DNA of 63,233 bases, counting the filler, from Octopus bimaculoides (Eukaryota): assembly GCF_001194135.2 (NCBI RefSeq). It is 11 parts of 9 records of this genome, joined end to end, with 100 filler letters (N's around TTAATTAATTAA, not from the genome) between each part and the next. Parts side by side here need not be neighbours in the genome. Positions count along the whole stretch, not along the records: positions 26,435 to 38,313 come from NC_068983.1; positions 38,414 to 43,905 come from NC_068996.1; positions 44,006 to 49,440 come from NC_068984.1; 8 more parts are not named here. One strand, 5' to 3'. The notes below the pieces were generated by a model. The model did no database searches. It was not told the origin of the DNA and saw only the letters and a program-made list of their open reading frames with translations. The translations under genes were made by a program, and so were the position numbers. Positions 36,473 to 49,073 of the stretch are shown in pieces. The first letter of the stretch is position 1. Every line of letters starts with the position of its first letter.

Positions 36473-37439
36473 NNNNNNNNNNNNNNNNNNNNNNNNNNNN
36501 NNNNNNNNNNNNNNNNNNNNNNNNNNNNNNNNNNNNNNNNNNNNNNNNNNNNNNNNNNNNNNNNNNNNNNNNNNNNNNNNNNNNNNNNNNNNNNNNNNNN
36601 NNNNNNNNNNNNNNNNNNNNNNNNNNNNNNNNNNNNNNNNNNNNNNNNNNNNNNNNNNNNNNNNNNNNNNNNNNNNNNNNNNNNNNNNNNNNNNNNNNNN
36701 NNNNNNNNNNNNNNNNNNNNNNNNNNNNNNNNNNNNNNNNNNNNNNNNNNNNNNNNNNNNNNNNNNNNNNNNNNNNNNNNNNNNNNNNNNNNNNNNNNNN
36801 NNNNNNNNNNNNNNNNNNNNNNNNNNNNNNNNNNNNNNNNNNNNNNNNNNNNNNNNNNNNNNNNNNNNNNNNNNNNNNNNNNNNNNNNNNNNNNNNNNNN
36901 NNNNNNNNNNNNNNNNNNNNNNNNNNNNNNNNNNNNNNNNNNNNNNNNNNNNNNNNNNNNNNNNNNNNNNNNNNNNNNNNNNNNNNNNNNNNNNNNNNNN
37001 NNNNNNNNNNNNNNNNNNNNNNNNNNNNNNNNNNNNNNNNNNNNNNNNNNNNNNNNNNNNNNNNNNNNNNNNNNNNNNNNNNNNNNNNNNNNNNNNNNNN
37101 NNNNNNNNNNNNNNNNNNNNNNNNNNNNNNNNNNNNNNNNNNNNNNNNNNNNNNNNNNNNNNNNNNNNNNNNNNNNNNNNNNNNNNNNNNNNNNNNNAGC
37201 GAACAGGTTACAATGAAGTAGAGAAATCTGAAAAGACAACACGAAACCGGTTATTTCTCAAAATACAATGTTTATATACCAAAAAGATTTTATAACATTT
37301 TTCTAACATTTTTATAACATTTTTCTGACATAATTTAAATATATATACTTTAACCATGTAACACAAGCCTTCTGTAGTTTTTTCACTCTTATTATCTTTT
37401 ATACATCCAACCACGTGCTTTCACATACCAACTTTCTCA

Positions 37440-37472
<33 letters not shown>

Positions 37473-38013
37473 AAAAACACGCTGCAGATTGTGTTAATAA
37501 AATAGAATTTTAAAATATATTTCCTTTTATGCTGCCGGTACTGGTCCACGTCCCGATGGCTGGTGATTCCTGCATCGAAGACCAGTTGGTAAGAGGGAGA
37601 CAATTATCTTCAAACAGCATACACACCCAGATGCTTGCAAATAGACACTCGTTGAATCTGCCCAATGTATCAAGTGGTAGTGTTAAACCAAGAGGTGGCT
37701 TAAGTCACTTTAACAATTTTGCCAATGCCCGCCCTAAACTGGCATTTTACGTATCACCCTCTCCCCACCGATGGATGAAAGGCAAAGTTGATCTGGGTAG
37801 GATTTGAACTAAGAGTACAAGGAACTGGAATAGATAGTGTAAATTTCTTTGTCCATTTTTGTAACTGCTTTGCCACTTCGCCGCCAGGGAAAGATCTACA
37901 GATATTTTTTTATTGCGAAGGTCGATAAAGTATGCCCTAGTAATAATTTTTATAACCCACCCCTCGCTCTTTACACATGTCTAGCCTTGTTGTTGTTTTT
38001 GTTGTTGTTGGTG

Positions 38014-38313
38014 TTATTATTATTATTATTATTATTGTTCAGTAGTTTTAGTTTTATAACGTGCTTTCACTTCACTACCGAGCGCAGCTCTGTGCGCCTT
38101 GGGTATGTGCTGTGGTTTGTTGTGGTGCTCTTATGTTTACTGTATTGAAAGTGTTTTGCGTAGAATGTGTGCAGTACCCAGTAGTGCATTTTCTGTATGT
38201 TATATATATTTGTAAGTTCTGGTGTTTTTGTTATGTATTTGTCTGAATATTTTTTATTATACCTAAGGCACCTACTATGATAGGAATTGTTTCTGTTTTT
38301 AGATTCCACATTC
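38014..38313 (-). mobile_element. R4/Dong-like LINE 3' end with (TAA)n tail
   Basis: Near-identical to 45630-45924, 49074-49440 and 53436-53728; encodes KKYSDKYI...QKMHYWVLHT-type decayed C-terminus. Confidence 0.85.
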
Positions 38314-38413
38314 NNNNNNNNNNNNNNNNNNNNNNNNNNNNNNNNNNNNNNNNNNNNTTAATTAATTAANNNNNNNNNNNNNNNNNNNNNNNNNNNNNNN
38401 NNNNNNNNNNNNN

Positions 38414-38651
38414 TATATATATATATATGTATGTGTGTTTGTGTGTCTGTGTTTGTCCCCCCCAACATCGCTTGGCAACCGATGGTGGTGTGCTTACGTC
38501 CCCGTAACATAGCAGTTCGGCAAAAAGAGACCAATAGAATAAGTACTAGGTTTACAAAGAATAAGTCCTGGGGTCGATTTGCTCAACTAAAGGTGGTGCT
38601 CCAGCATGGCCACAGTCAAATGACTGAAACAAGTAAAAGTCTAAAAGAGTA
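38414..38651 (+). mobile_element. SINE family A 3' half
   Basis: GTTTGTCCCCCC...GAATAAGTCCTGGGGTCG...CAGTCAAATGACTGAAACAAG. Confidence 0.9.
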
Positions 38652-39119
38652 AATGCAGGAAAAATCAAAATCATTGTTGTCCCTATTGTGACTTCATGGT
38701 TGTTTTTCTTTTCCCCTTTTTAAAAAAAAAAAATTCTTTCCTTGAAACACTCATACATCAAAACTGATGAGACTGACCATCATATATATTCACATGGACC
38801 TGCTAGCCTAGCCAGTGAGATGGCATCATTTGAAAGCTAAACATGATCCAAAGCATATAATGTAACCAGCAATATTTAACAATATCCAATACTCTGGTTG
38901 ATCATGTGATCTATCCCTCCATCCATCCATCCCTCCATCCATCCATCCACCCATCCCTCCATCCATCCATCCACCCATCCATCCATCCATCCATCCATTA
39001 TAATAAAGGGTAAAAATCATTAATGATTTTACCAAGGGGTCTATACGGAAATAAAAACCTTATAAGTAAATTTTACAAATATTTTAATAATTGCATACAT
39101 AATTATAACAAAGGATTGG

Positions 39120-39420
39120 GTCAAGAGGGTAGATGCTGGGAGATCCTATGTCTGACAACAGGACTCTGCACCATGCTACACAAGCAGGAGAACCCAGTCA
39201 TGGCTGTCAGACAATTTCTGTGACCACATCACCCCCTAAAATCTAACCACCTAATTCCCCAGACTGCAACCCCTTTGATTATTATGTGTGGGACACAGTT
39301 GAGCAAAAGACAATCATAACTCCTTGCAACACCAAATAAGGAGACCACCCAGAAGAGTTGCAAGACATTCTGAAGTCGTCTGGAGGCCGTGGTTGTTGCC
39401 AAAGGCGATTTTATTGAATA
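39120..39420 (+). mobile_element. Tc1/mariner-superfamily (maT-like DD37D) transposase C-terminal remnant
   Basis: QQDSAPCYTS...PPNSPDCNPFDYYVW...SRLEAVVVAKGDFIE; after correcting a 1-nt frameshift there are 37 residues between the second and third Asp. Confidence 0.7.
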
Positions 39421-39608
39421 AATTTACTCTTTAGTATTTAAAGATATCTTTATGTAATTTTGATAAATATATCTATTAAAATGAGATATCAGNNNNNNNN
39501 NNNNNNNNNNNNNNNNNNNNNNNNNNNNNNNNNNNNNNNNNNNNNNNNNNNNNNNNNNNNNNNNNNNNNNNNNNNNNNNNNNNNNNNNNNNNNNNNNNNN
39601 NNNNNNNN

Positions 39609-39643
<35 letters not shown>

Positions 39644-39788
39644 GATTATAATGAAGTTACATAGCATCACCTTTAATTCTTTTAATATATATATACACCT
39701 TTATATTGACTTTCACGTTATTTACATTATTTACATTTGACGGATATTTGTCCTCATCTTGTTTCTTCCTCCCTTTGTTCATTACCAC

Positions 39789-39819
<31 letters not shown>

Positions 39820-39989
39820 CCTCCCTCCCCTATGCTTTACTCTCTTCCCCTCTCTCTTTCTGTTTTCCTCATTTTTTTCTTCTCTCTTTAATTATCTGTT
39901 TATCTCTGTTCTCTACTCTCTTCTCCTCAATCTCTTCCTCTCTCTCTCTCTTTTCCTCATTCTTTTCTGCTCTATCTTCATCACTGTCT

Positions 39990-40166
39990 TTATTTCTTTA
40001 TTTCTTTCTTTCTTTCTTTCTTTCTCATTCTTTTCCTCTCTCTCTCTCTCTGTCTGTCTCTGTCTGTCTCTCTGTCTCTGTCTCTCTGTCTCTCTGTCTC
40101 TCTCTCTGTCTCTCTCTCTGTCTCTCTCTGTCTCTCTGTCTCTCTCTCTCTGTCTCTCTCTGTCTC

Positions 40167-40199
<33 letters not shown>

Positions 40200-40236
40200 G
40201 TCTCTCTCTCTCTGTCTGTCTCTCTGTCTGTCTCTG

Positions 40237-40267
<31 letters not shown>

Positions 40268-40332
40268 GTCTCTCTCTCTCTGTCTCTCTCTCTCTGTCTC
40301 TCTCTCTCTGTCTCTGTCTCTCTCTGTCTCTG

Positions 40333-40363
<31 letters not shown>

Positions 40364-40445
40364 GTCTCTGTCTCTCTGTCTCTCTCTCTCTGTCTGTCTC
40401 TCTCTGTGTCTGTCTGTCTCTCTGTCTCTCTCTCTCTCTCTCCAT
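39990..40445. repeat. Cryptic (TC)n/(TCTG)n tract
   Basis: Directly visible; source of the ER/SL-rich ORFs. Confidence 0.95.
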
Positions 40446-40659
40446 CTCTCCCCTCCCCTCTCCCTCTTCCTCATTGTTTTCTTCTTTCTTCTTTCATCTT
40501 CCTCAAACAATGAACAAACCCGGAAACATTAAAATTCACCAAATTACATTATTCAACTCTTTAACGAAGTCTCATTAATATGGATTATGTTGGAGGCAGT
40601 TCTGTAAGAAATATGGCCTTCTGCATAAATCCACATTGGCCTTCCACTCTTATCTCAAT

Positions 40660-40885
40660 CTCTTACTGTTTATCTTTCACTTGTTTCAGTCAATGGACTG
40701 TGGCCATGCTGGAACACCGCTTTGAAAGGTTTACTCAAACACATCAATCCCAGTTTTTATGTTTTTAAGCCTGGTACTTATTCTATCAGTATCTTTTTGC
40801 TGAACTGCTAAGTTATGGGGGACATAAACAAACTATCACTGGTTGTCAAGTGGTGGTGGTGGTGAGCAGGACAACAACACGCACA
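40660..40885 (-). mobile_element. SINE family A 3' half (diverged)
   Basis: ACTTGTTTCAGTCAATGGACTGTGGCCATGCTGG...GTTGTCAAGTGG. Confidence 0.8.
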
Positions 40886-41264
40886 CATGCACGTGCCTTC
40901 AGAAACACACACATGCACCCTCAGAAACACACACACACATACACAAACAGATACAAATGATGAACTCACACACAGACACACATAGACACACACATGCACA
41001 TGCTCATTCATACACACACACATACAGATGTACATGCACACATAATGAGACACAAGCACACGAGCGCACACACACACATGAGCGCACACACACACACACA
41101 CACACACACGCACATAAACACACTCTCACACACAGATATACATACACACACAGATGCACATACACACACAACACAGATGAACACAAACACACATAGAGAC
41201 ACACACACACATGCAAATGCACATTCAGATGCATACACACATGCACATACTCAGATACAAGCAC

Positions 41265-41297
<33 letters not shown>

Positions 41298-41419
41298 AGC
41301 ACACACACACAGATATATGTGGTGTTGGTCTGCATTGGCAAGACTTATACTATTTAATGAAATCGATTAAATGTGTACAGTTGAACCTACCATGGGATAC
41401 AGCTTGGCACCAGTGACGC

Positions 41420-41571
41420 TGTAACTCATTTCTACAGCTGAGGGCACTGAAGCAAAGTGAAATAAAGTGTCTTGCTCAAGAATACAACATACAGTCCAGT
41501 CCAGGAATCAAAATCACTACCTCACGATTGTGAGCCCAATGCTCTAACCACTGAGCCATGCACCACCTTCA
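41420..41571 (-). mobile_element. tRNA-headed SINE related to 6309-6489
   Basis: GAAATAAAGTGTCTTGCTCAAG...CTCTAACCACTGAGCCATG. Confidence 0.7.
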
Positions 41572-42165
41572 CAAACACACACACACACACACACGAAGGG
41601 GTGCTGCATAGTTCTTGGCTTTAAGGGTGTTGCCAAAGGCCTGGTTGGAGGCCCAACCATCTGAGTTCTTTTACAGGGCTTAGAAAAACTGAAAGATCAC
41701 AGCAATAAGTGTGTGAATCTTAGATGGGAATAACATGGTGAATGAAATCATAATTAACTGATCCTCCTGTATTTTCTTTTACCCAAAGCCAGGAACTTTT
41801 CAGCACCATGGCTTTTCAGTTGTAATAATGGTATCAAATCAAACAGTGATATTTTGAAATCGTTTAATATGTATGTTTCAAGTTTGCCTGATATACAATA
41901 GGAAAAGCACCCATTATATAAACCTTCATTTAAAATATTTCAAAATAACAGTCTTCCACACGGTTTTTATTTGCCACATTCATTCACAAAGCATGGGTCA
42001 GTCCAGGGTTATAGTGGAACTCTGTCCCAAGATACCACACAGTGGTTGCAAAACAATATTGTAACCAAACAGCCATGCCTGCACTTATCTTTTCAAAATT
42101 TTTGGAACTCTTCTTGTGCCATTTAGACATCGGACTGTCCCTTTCTACCATGCCCACAATGTTCT

Positions 42166-42499
42166 CTGCTTTACTCTCTTTTACTCTTTTACTTGTTTCA
42201 GTCATTTGACTGCGGCCATGCTGGAGCACTGCCTTTTAGTCGAGCAAATCGACCCCAGGACTTATTCTTTGTAAGCCTAGTACTTATTCTATCGGTCTCT
42301 TTTGCCGAACCGCTAAGTTACAGGGACGTAAACACACCAGCATTGGTTGTCAAGTGATGGTGGGGGGGACAAACACAGACACACAAACATATACACACAT
42401 ACATATATATATATACATATACATATATACGACGTGCTTCTTTCAGTTTCCGTCTACCAAATCCACTCATAAGGCTTTGGTCGGCCTGAGGCTATAGTA
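42166..42499 (-). mobile_element. SINE family A
   Basis: Tail, internal microsatellite and central domain match 10865-11184. Confidence 0.92.
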
Positions 42500-42641
42500 N
42501 NNNNNNNNNNNNNNNNNNNNNNNNNNNNNNNNNNNNNNNNNNNNNNNNNNNNNNNNNNNNNNNNNNNNNNNNNNNNNNNNNNNNNNNNNNNNNNNNNNNN
42601 NNNNNNNNNNNNNNNNNNNNNNNNNNNNNNNNNNNNNNNNN

Positions 42642-42699
<58 letters not shown>

Positions 42700-42739
42700 C
42701 TCTTTCCCTGCTCTCTCTCTCTCTCTTCTCCACTTAGCA

Positions 42740-43150
42740 CATCTGGTTATTCTGCTGGGAGGACTTTTCTTGAGCAAGGCTCATTATTTCTCATTGCTTC
42801 TGTGTACTAGTTCCCCAACCTGGTTGCTTTCCTGGGCCTCCATGCCAGGTACTAAGTGATGTACAAGAGTACAATGAGCATGATTGACAACGGTGACCAG
42901 AGGTTGCAATGCAATGATGTGCTGAAGAGACATATGAACAACTTTGACGTCTCCCCAAACACCTGCGAGGAGAAGGCCCTGTGGAACCAAATCACTGGAG
43001 TTTGTAATTGTAACCAGCAAGGAGAAACAAGGAATACAGAAGAATACACAAGAGGCATCACTCCTCTCTTGCATCAGGTTACTTCATCTGCAGAAAATGT
43101 CTTGATTGTTGCAGATCAAGAGCAGGAATTATAGCCTACATGCAAGCCTT
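42740..43150 (+). mobile_element. Degraded RTE LINE 3' fragment
   Basis: Frameshifted GDQRLQCNDVLKRHM and a C-terminal YFICRKCLDCCRSRAGIIAYM, typical of the RTE C-terminal Cys-rich motif. Confidence 0.65.
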
Positions 43151-43872
43151 CCAGACAGGAGTTTTGAAAAGAATGGTCAACATAGACCTATGATGGACAT
43201 TCTCATATAAGCTGGGTTGTCTTGATGCTGTCTTTCCAATATGCTTATTCTGTAAGAACGCATTGGGAGTTTGATGCTCGTGCAGCTTTTCCTCACTATG
43301 AAACAATCATGCACTAGGCAATCACATATATTATACATACATACATACACACATACATAGAAACATGCACATGCACTTATATCATTGGGCGACAGGCTGT
43401 GCATGAGGAGACCCTATTGAGTCAAGAAGAATCAACAGAAAATTACAGCTGTGAACTCACTTTATTTGCCGGGTCTTCTCAGTCACAGCATATCTCCAGA
43501 GGTCTCGGTCTTTTGTCATTGCCTCCATATACACACATATATACATATATATATATGCACATATATATACATATATGCACATGTATACATATACAAACAT
43601 ATATATATATATACAAACATATACATACATATGCATACATATACATACATATATATAAATTTAAGGAATGGAGTGAACGCATGTTATAACTGCATACTTT
43701 ATTCCGACATATGTTTCAAAGAATTACAATTTATGCGATCCATAGGAATCGTCGATGTTAAAAATGTAAACTTCTCCTCAGAGAAATGTATGGGGATCAT
43801 CTTAAACGTAAGACATTATGACCGAGTATGAGAACTATATATATACATATATATATACACATACATATAGAT

Positions 43873-43905
<33 letters not shown>

Positions 43906-44005
43906 NNNNNNNNNNNNNNNNNNNNNNNNNNNNNNNNNNNNNNNNNNNNTTAATTAATTAANNNNNNNNNNNNNNNNNNNNNNNNNNNNNNNNNNNNNNN
44001 NNNNN

Positions 44006-44075
44006 TCTTCTTCTTCTTCTTCTTCTTCTTCTTCTTCTTCTTCTTCTTCTTCTTCTTCTTCTTCTTCTTCTTCTT

Positions 44076-44105
<30 letters not shown>
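44006..44105. repeat. (TTC)n tract
   Basis: Directly visible; begins at a gap. Confidence 0.97.
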
Positions 44106-44106
<1 letters not shown>

Positions 44107-44544
44107 TTGGGTAGTAAGAACTCTTCTGCTATATATGGAGAGCCAATAATTAAATAAATGAATAAGTAAATAAAATGAATACGTTTGTCCTTTCATTAAG
44201 TATATATAGTAGGGACATTGTTATGCAGTTTCGGGTGGATAAATTTGCAGTTTTTACTATGAAGCGAAGCCGAAAGTTAAATCCGACAGTATAAATATAT
44301 CATACAACATCATTAGAGATAATGAAATTTAGAAAAGCAAATGTGGGCTGCAGGAATGATGAGGTAAAAGGAAAACAAATGAGACAGGAAGTCTTCGAAG
44401 TGTCCAACAGAAGAATTTGTGAGGTACTTGAATCAAAACTAATGGGGTTTGTATCATCAAAGCAATGCATACTTTTGTTATGTCAGTTTTGAGACAGAGT
44501 TGTAGGAATTTGATAGAAAGATTAAGAAGCTGCTCACAATGCAT

Positions 44545-45530
44545 AGCGAACAACCTCTAAGTAACATCGAAACACTCTACTTGCCAAGAAAGGAAAGAGG
44601 AAGAGATTTGGTATACGTAGAACATATCATCAGTTACAATTTGGAGTTTGGAAATCTATATTGAGAATAGTGAAGAAAAAAATAATATCTGTAGCCAGAA
44701 ATATGGAAGCAGTCAGTGAGAAAAAAGAAAGAGGAACGATAAGACATAGATAGAAAGAAAAAGTAATTATGTGTCCAGTTCATGCAACAAACCGAAGATG
44801 TTGGAAGTGATGAATGTTGGTTGAGGCTGATAGTTGAAAACCTGAAACGAAAAGATAAATTGCTGATTACAGATACTCAGGAATAAGTCGTTGGAATAAA
44901 TTAGATAAAGACAATCATTGATAAAACTTAGTCAAGCAGCAAACGCATAACGTGTGAAAAATGGGACGAAAGTAATAACCATCTCCTAAGTGAATGCAGC
45001 CAGCTAGTACAAAAAGGGTATAAACATAGGCATGACAGTGTTAGCAAAAGAGTACATTGGAATGTTAGTTAAGGTTGTGGATTGAAAGGGACAAAAAATT
45101 GGTATGAGCACAAGCGAGATTCTATGATGATGAATGATATTTATATAATTTTATGGCATTTCTTTATAAAGACTGACAACATTAAAGAAACAAGGAGACC
45201 AGATGTGATCCCAGAGAAAAGAATTTTAAAAATGTATGATCATTGACTTTTCAATGCCATAAGATCGTAGTGTGGATATCAAGGAAGTTGAGAAGTGTTA
45301 TGTCCTAACTGGGGAGATGAAAATATTGTAAAACACAAAAATAAAAACCAATCGTATGGTAATTGGTGCCATCAGCACAACACTCAAATGAGATTACCGA
45401 GCTTCAGAGATAAAAATGCAATCATTTATTCTGTAAGAATCTCAGGAAAGATATTTGAGATCTGAGGAGATTTTGTTGTAGCCAAGCCTTAGGGTACCTC
45501 TGTTCACTAATTTTTTGGATAATAGTAATA
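44545..45530 (+). mobile_element. Old degraded R4/Dong-like LINE 3' region
   Basis: SNIETLYLPRKERGR; CEKWDESNNHLLSEC zinc knuckle; HRHDSV; RRPDV; IIDFSMP; VIGAIS; many stops. Confidence 0.8.
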
Positions 45531-45629
45531 TCCTCCTCCTCCCCCAACTCATCATCATAATTGGGTGAGAGACCAATGCATGCCACCAAAGGGACACCGA
45601 GGTACAAATATACGAAGCCCAATATATAC

Positions 45630-45924
45630 ATTATTATTGTTATTATTATTATTGTTCAGTAGTTTTATTTTTATAACGTGCTTTCACTTCACTACCGAGT
45701 GCAGCTCTGTGTGCCTTGGGTATGTGCTGTGGTTTGCTGTGGTGCTCTTATGGTTACTGTATTGAAAGTGTTTTGCGTAGGATGTGTGCAGTGCCCAGTA
45801 GTGCAATTTTCTGTATGTTATATATATTTGTAAGTCCTGGTGTTTTTGTTATGTATTTGTCTGAATATTTTTTTATTATACCTAAGGCACCTACTATGAT
45901 AGGAATTGTTTCTGTTTTTAGATT
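45630..45924 (-). mobile_element. R4/Dong-like LINE 3' end flanked by (TAA)n on both sides
   Basis: LKTETIPIIVGALGIIKKYSDKYI...RKTLSIQ*, then 3' UTR and AAT tail. Confidence 0.9.
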
Positions 45925-45928
45925 ATTA

Positions 45929-45998
<70 letters not shown>

Positions 45999-46775
45999 NN
46001 NNNNNNNNNNNNNNNNNNNNNNNNNNNNNNNNNNNNNNNNNNNNNNNNNNNNNNNNNNNNNNNNNNNNNNNNNNNNNNNNNNNNNNNNNNNNNNNNNNNN
46101 NNNNNNNNNNNNNNNNNNNNNNNNNNNNNNNNNNNNNNNNNNNNNNNNNNNNNNNNNNNNNNNNNNNNNNNNNNNNNNNNNNNNNNNNNNNNNNNNNNNN
46201 NNNNNNNNNNNNNNNNNNNNNNNNNNNNNNNNNNNNNNNNNNNNNNNNNNNNNNNNNNNNNNNNNNNNNNNNNNNNNNNNNNNNNNNNNNNNNNNNNNNN
46301 NNNNNNNNNNNNNNNNNNNNNNNNNNNNNNNNNNNNNNNNNNNNNNNNNNNNNNNNNNNNNNNNNNNNNNNNNNNNNNNNNNNNNNNNNNNNNNNNNNNN
46401 NNNNNNNNNNNNNNNNNNNNNNNNNNNNNNNNNNNNNNNNNNNNNNNNNNNNNNNNNNNNNNNNNNNNNNNNNNNNNNNNNNNNNNNNNNNNNNNNNNNN
46501 NNNNNNNNNNNNNNNNNNNNNNNNNNNNNNNNNNNNNNNNNNNNNNNNNNNNNNNNNNNNNNNNNNNNNNNNNNNNNNNNNNNNNNNNNNNNNNNNNNNN
46601 NNNNNNNNNNNNNNNNNNNNNNNNNNNNNNNNNNNNNNNNNNNNNNNNNNNNNNNNNNNNNNNNNNNNNNNNNNNNNNNNNNNNNNNNNNNNNNNNNNNN
46701 NNNNNNNNNNNNNNNNNNNNNNNNNNNNNNNNNNNNNNNNNNNNNNNNNNNNNNNNNNNNNNNNNNNNNNNNNNN

Positions 46776-47111
46776 TTTCCAGGTCTTTGTATTTTGAAAG
46801 TTTTTCCATTTCTTTTAGAGAAACGTTGTCATCTGCTGGTATTGATACATCAATTAGAAAGCATTTTTTTTCTTCATGATCTTTGACAACTATATCTGGT
46901 CTATTTGCCTTAATTTCTCTATCTGTGTGTATTGGCATATCCCAGAGTATGGTTGCTTTCTCGTTTTCTGTGACCTTTTCTGGCGTGTGTTTATACCATC
47001 TTTTTTTCTGTTGCTATTCCATAATGTTGGCATAGCTTCCAGTGTATATAGGTCCCAGCTCTGTCGTGTCTGTGAATATATTCCTTCTTAGCCAGGACTG
47101 GGCAGCCAGAG
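46776..47111 (-). mobile_element. R4/Dong-like LINE fragment, restriction-like endonuclease domain
   Basis: SGCPVLAKKEYIHRHD...ILWDMPIHTDREIKANRPDIVVKD...CFLIDVSIP...KYKDLE; PD..D motif; 5' end abuts (AAT)n. Confidence 0.92.
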
Positions 47112-47176
<65 letters not shown>

Positions 47177-47400
47177 CGGAAAAATTACAGCTTATTTTTC
47201 TGGGTATGATGGAAAGTGTTAGCTGTTCACAGCCAGCAGACCAAGGTGACACTTGTTTACTGGTCATTCTTCAAGAATCCTGCGAAGAATTCTTGCAGCT
47301 CCAAGCAATGTTGATTTTTTGTAGGTGTTCTACCTTCACACTTACACCGATCTTTTTCAGCCATGTTGGTAGTTGAGTGCTGATCCACTGGGGTGCTCCG
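47112..47400 (-). mobile_element. R4/Dong-like LINE 3' end, different subfamily
   Basis: WLKKIGVSVKVEHLQK/STLLGAARILRRILEE* (one frameshift), 3' UTR and (AAT)n tail 47112-47176. Confidence 0.75.
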
Positions 47401-47687
47401 GTAGTAAAACTCCATAACAATCGTGTTTACTTGTTTACTCTACGTCTTGCTCCATTGATAACAGTTGCTGGCTTACGACCGGGCCCACCCTGCTGCACAG
47501 TGGGGCACCTGCCGGATTCGACACCTTCACCATTGGTTCCAGTCCCATTCACACTGTTACTGTCATTTATTTTGCTTGGCATTTTCACTCACAAATAACG
47601 TGTTTTTAGGTTATTATCAACCGGTAATTTTATCGAGACACCATCTCTATCAAGGTAGTTCGCCAAGGGGGCATGGTTCTTGCTCTC

Positions 47688-47762
47688 CTGGTTTTGGACT
47701 CAAAGTGTTCCTTCTCCTAGGCTGCTTACCACCCAAGGCTAACGAGTACAGCCTGCCCAGAG
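47688..47762 (-). mobile_element. RTE-like 5' UTR conserved motif
   Basis: GGGCAGGCTGTACTCGTTAGCCTTGGGTGGTAAGCAGCCTAGGAGAAGGAACACTTTGAGTCCAAAACC resembles, from memory, RTE 5' UTR sequence. Confidence 0.45.
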
Positions 47763-47876
47763 CTGTCTTGTGTGGTTTTGTAGATCCTGTAAGAGCGGAC
47801 GGCAGCCTGCTGTCAGAAGTCTCTTTCCGCACATTATAAGCTTTGATACTTGATTGCCATTATCGTGGAGAGACAT

Positions 47877-49073
47877 TCAACATCCAAGTACCAATCTCAA
47901 AATCCTAACTGTCCCCAGTAGAGCAGTTGTTTTGGCTTGCTCTGTTCTCATATCAATTCCAATTTCTTTGACATATTTCTGTAAATTGGTTGTTAGTACT
48001 CCGAATGCCCCTACAACTACTGAAATGACAGACACTCTCCTCATAGTCCACATTCTTGCAATTTCGTCTTTTAATAGTCTGTACTTTTTGATCTTTTCTA
48101 CTTCTTTGTCACTTATGCGTGCATCTCCAGGTATTGCAAAATCTATGATCTTGGTTTCCTTTTTTCCTTTAACTACCACAATAATATCTGGTTTCCGAGT
48201 CTCGATTAGTGAGTCGCATTAGATTGTAAAATCCCACAGCATCTTATGTTCCTTGTTCTCGGTGACTCCCCGTGCTTCGTGATCGTACCATTTCCGTGCT
48301 CTGTTCAGGCCGTATTTTTCACATAGCCTCTAGTGGACGAACTTAGCCACGTTATCGTGCCTCCTTTTGTAGTGCTTTTGGGCCAGCTTGTTACACTCAC
48401 TCACAGCATGTGAGATTGCTTCGTTTCTGCTGCCACACATCGTACAGAGGGGTGATTCGCTACTTTTATCAATTTAGAACTTGGTGTTATTAGATCTCAG
48501 AACTTGTTCCTGGGCGCTGCATTTCAATGTCTCAGTGCATCCTTTCAAATCACTGTTTCTTAGCCATCTCCAAGTGTTGATCTTGTCTTTTCCTTCGATT
48601 TCTCTGAAGTATTGCCCAAGCAGTGGTTTCATTTCCGGTTGTTTACTGTTCTTTCATCTTGTTTCTTAAATGTTTGTGGGTGCATCGCATTTCGGTAGGT
48701 ATTATATTGTTAATTCTAACAGCAGCAAGCAAAGATTCACTCTGCTGTTTGATGTACCATTCCAGACTGTTCTCGTTGACAACACAGATCTTGCATCCTA
48801 TGAGACCTTTCCCTCCGCCCCCTGTTTCTAGGTATATACAATCTATGAGTATCGCTTTTGGGGTCTAGTTCCTTGTTAATTGTCATCACTTTTATAGTTT
48901 TCCAGTCCATTTCCTCATCACTTTTACAGTTTTCCTGTCCATTTCTTTGTCCACCTAACAACACCCGCGCCTTATCGCATTAAGGAAATAGCCCATGCGT
49001 TCATTGCCCTGTTTTTTTTTCCATTGTGTCTATTTCCCATAATTAACTTGGTTCTTCTGAGATATTCTCGTCT
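47877..49073 (-). mobile_element. R4/Dong-like LINE, 5'-truncated (end of RT, zinc knuckle, RLE)
   Basis: EYLRRTKLI; PKSDTHRLYIPRNRG; CTMCGSRNEAISHAVSEC (CCHC); RHDNVAK; KPDII...IIDFAIP; RILRLVLGC*. Confidence 0.92.

Noticed and set aside
47688-47850. HDV-like ribozyme expected in RTE 5' UTRs
   Set aside because: I could not trace the nested double pseudoknot by eye; needs a covariance-model search.
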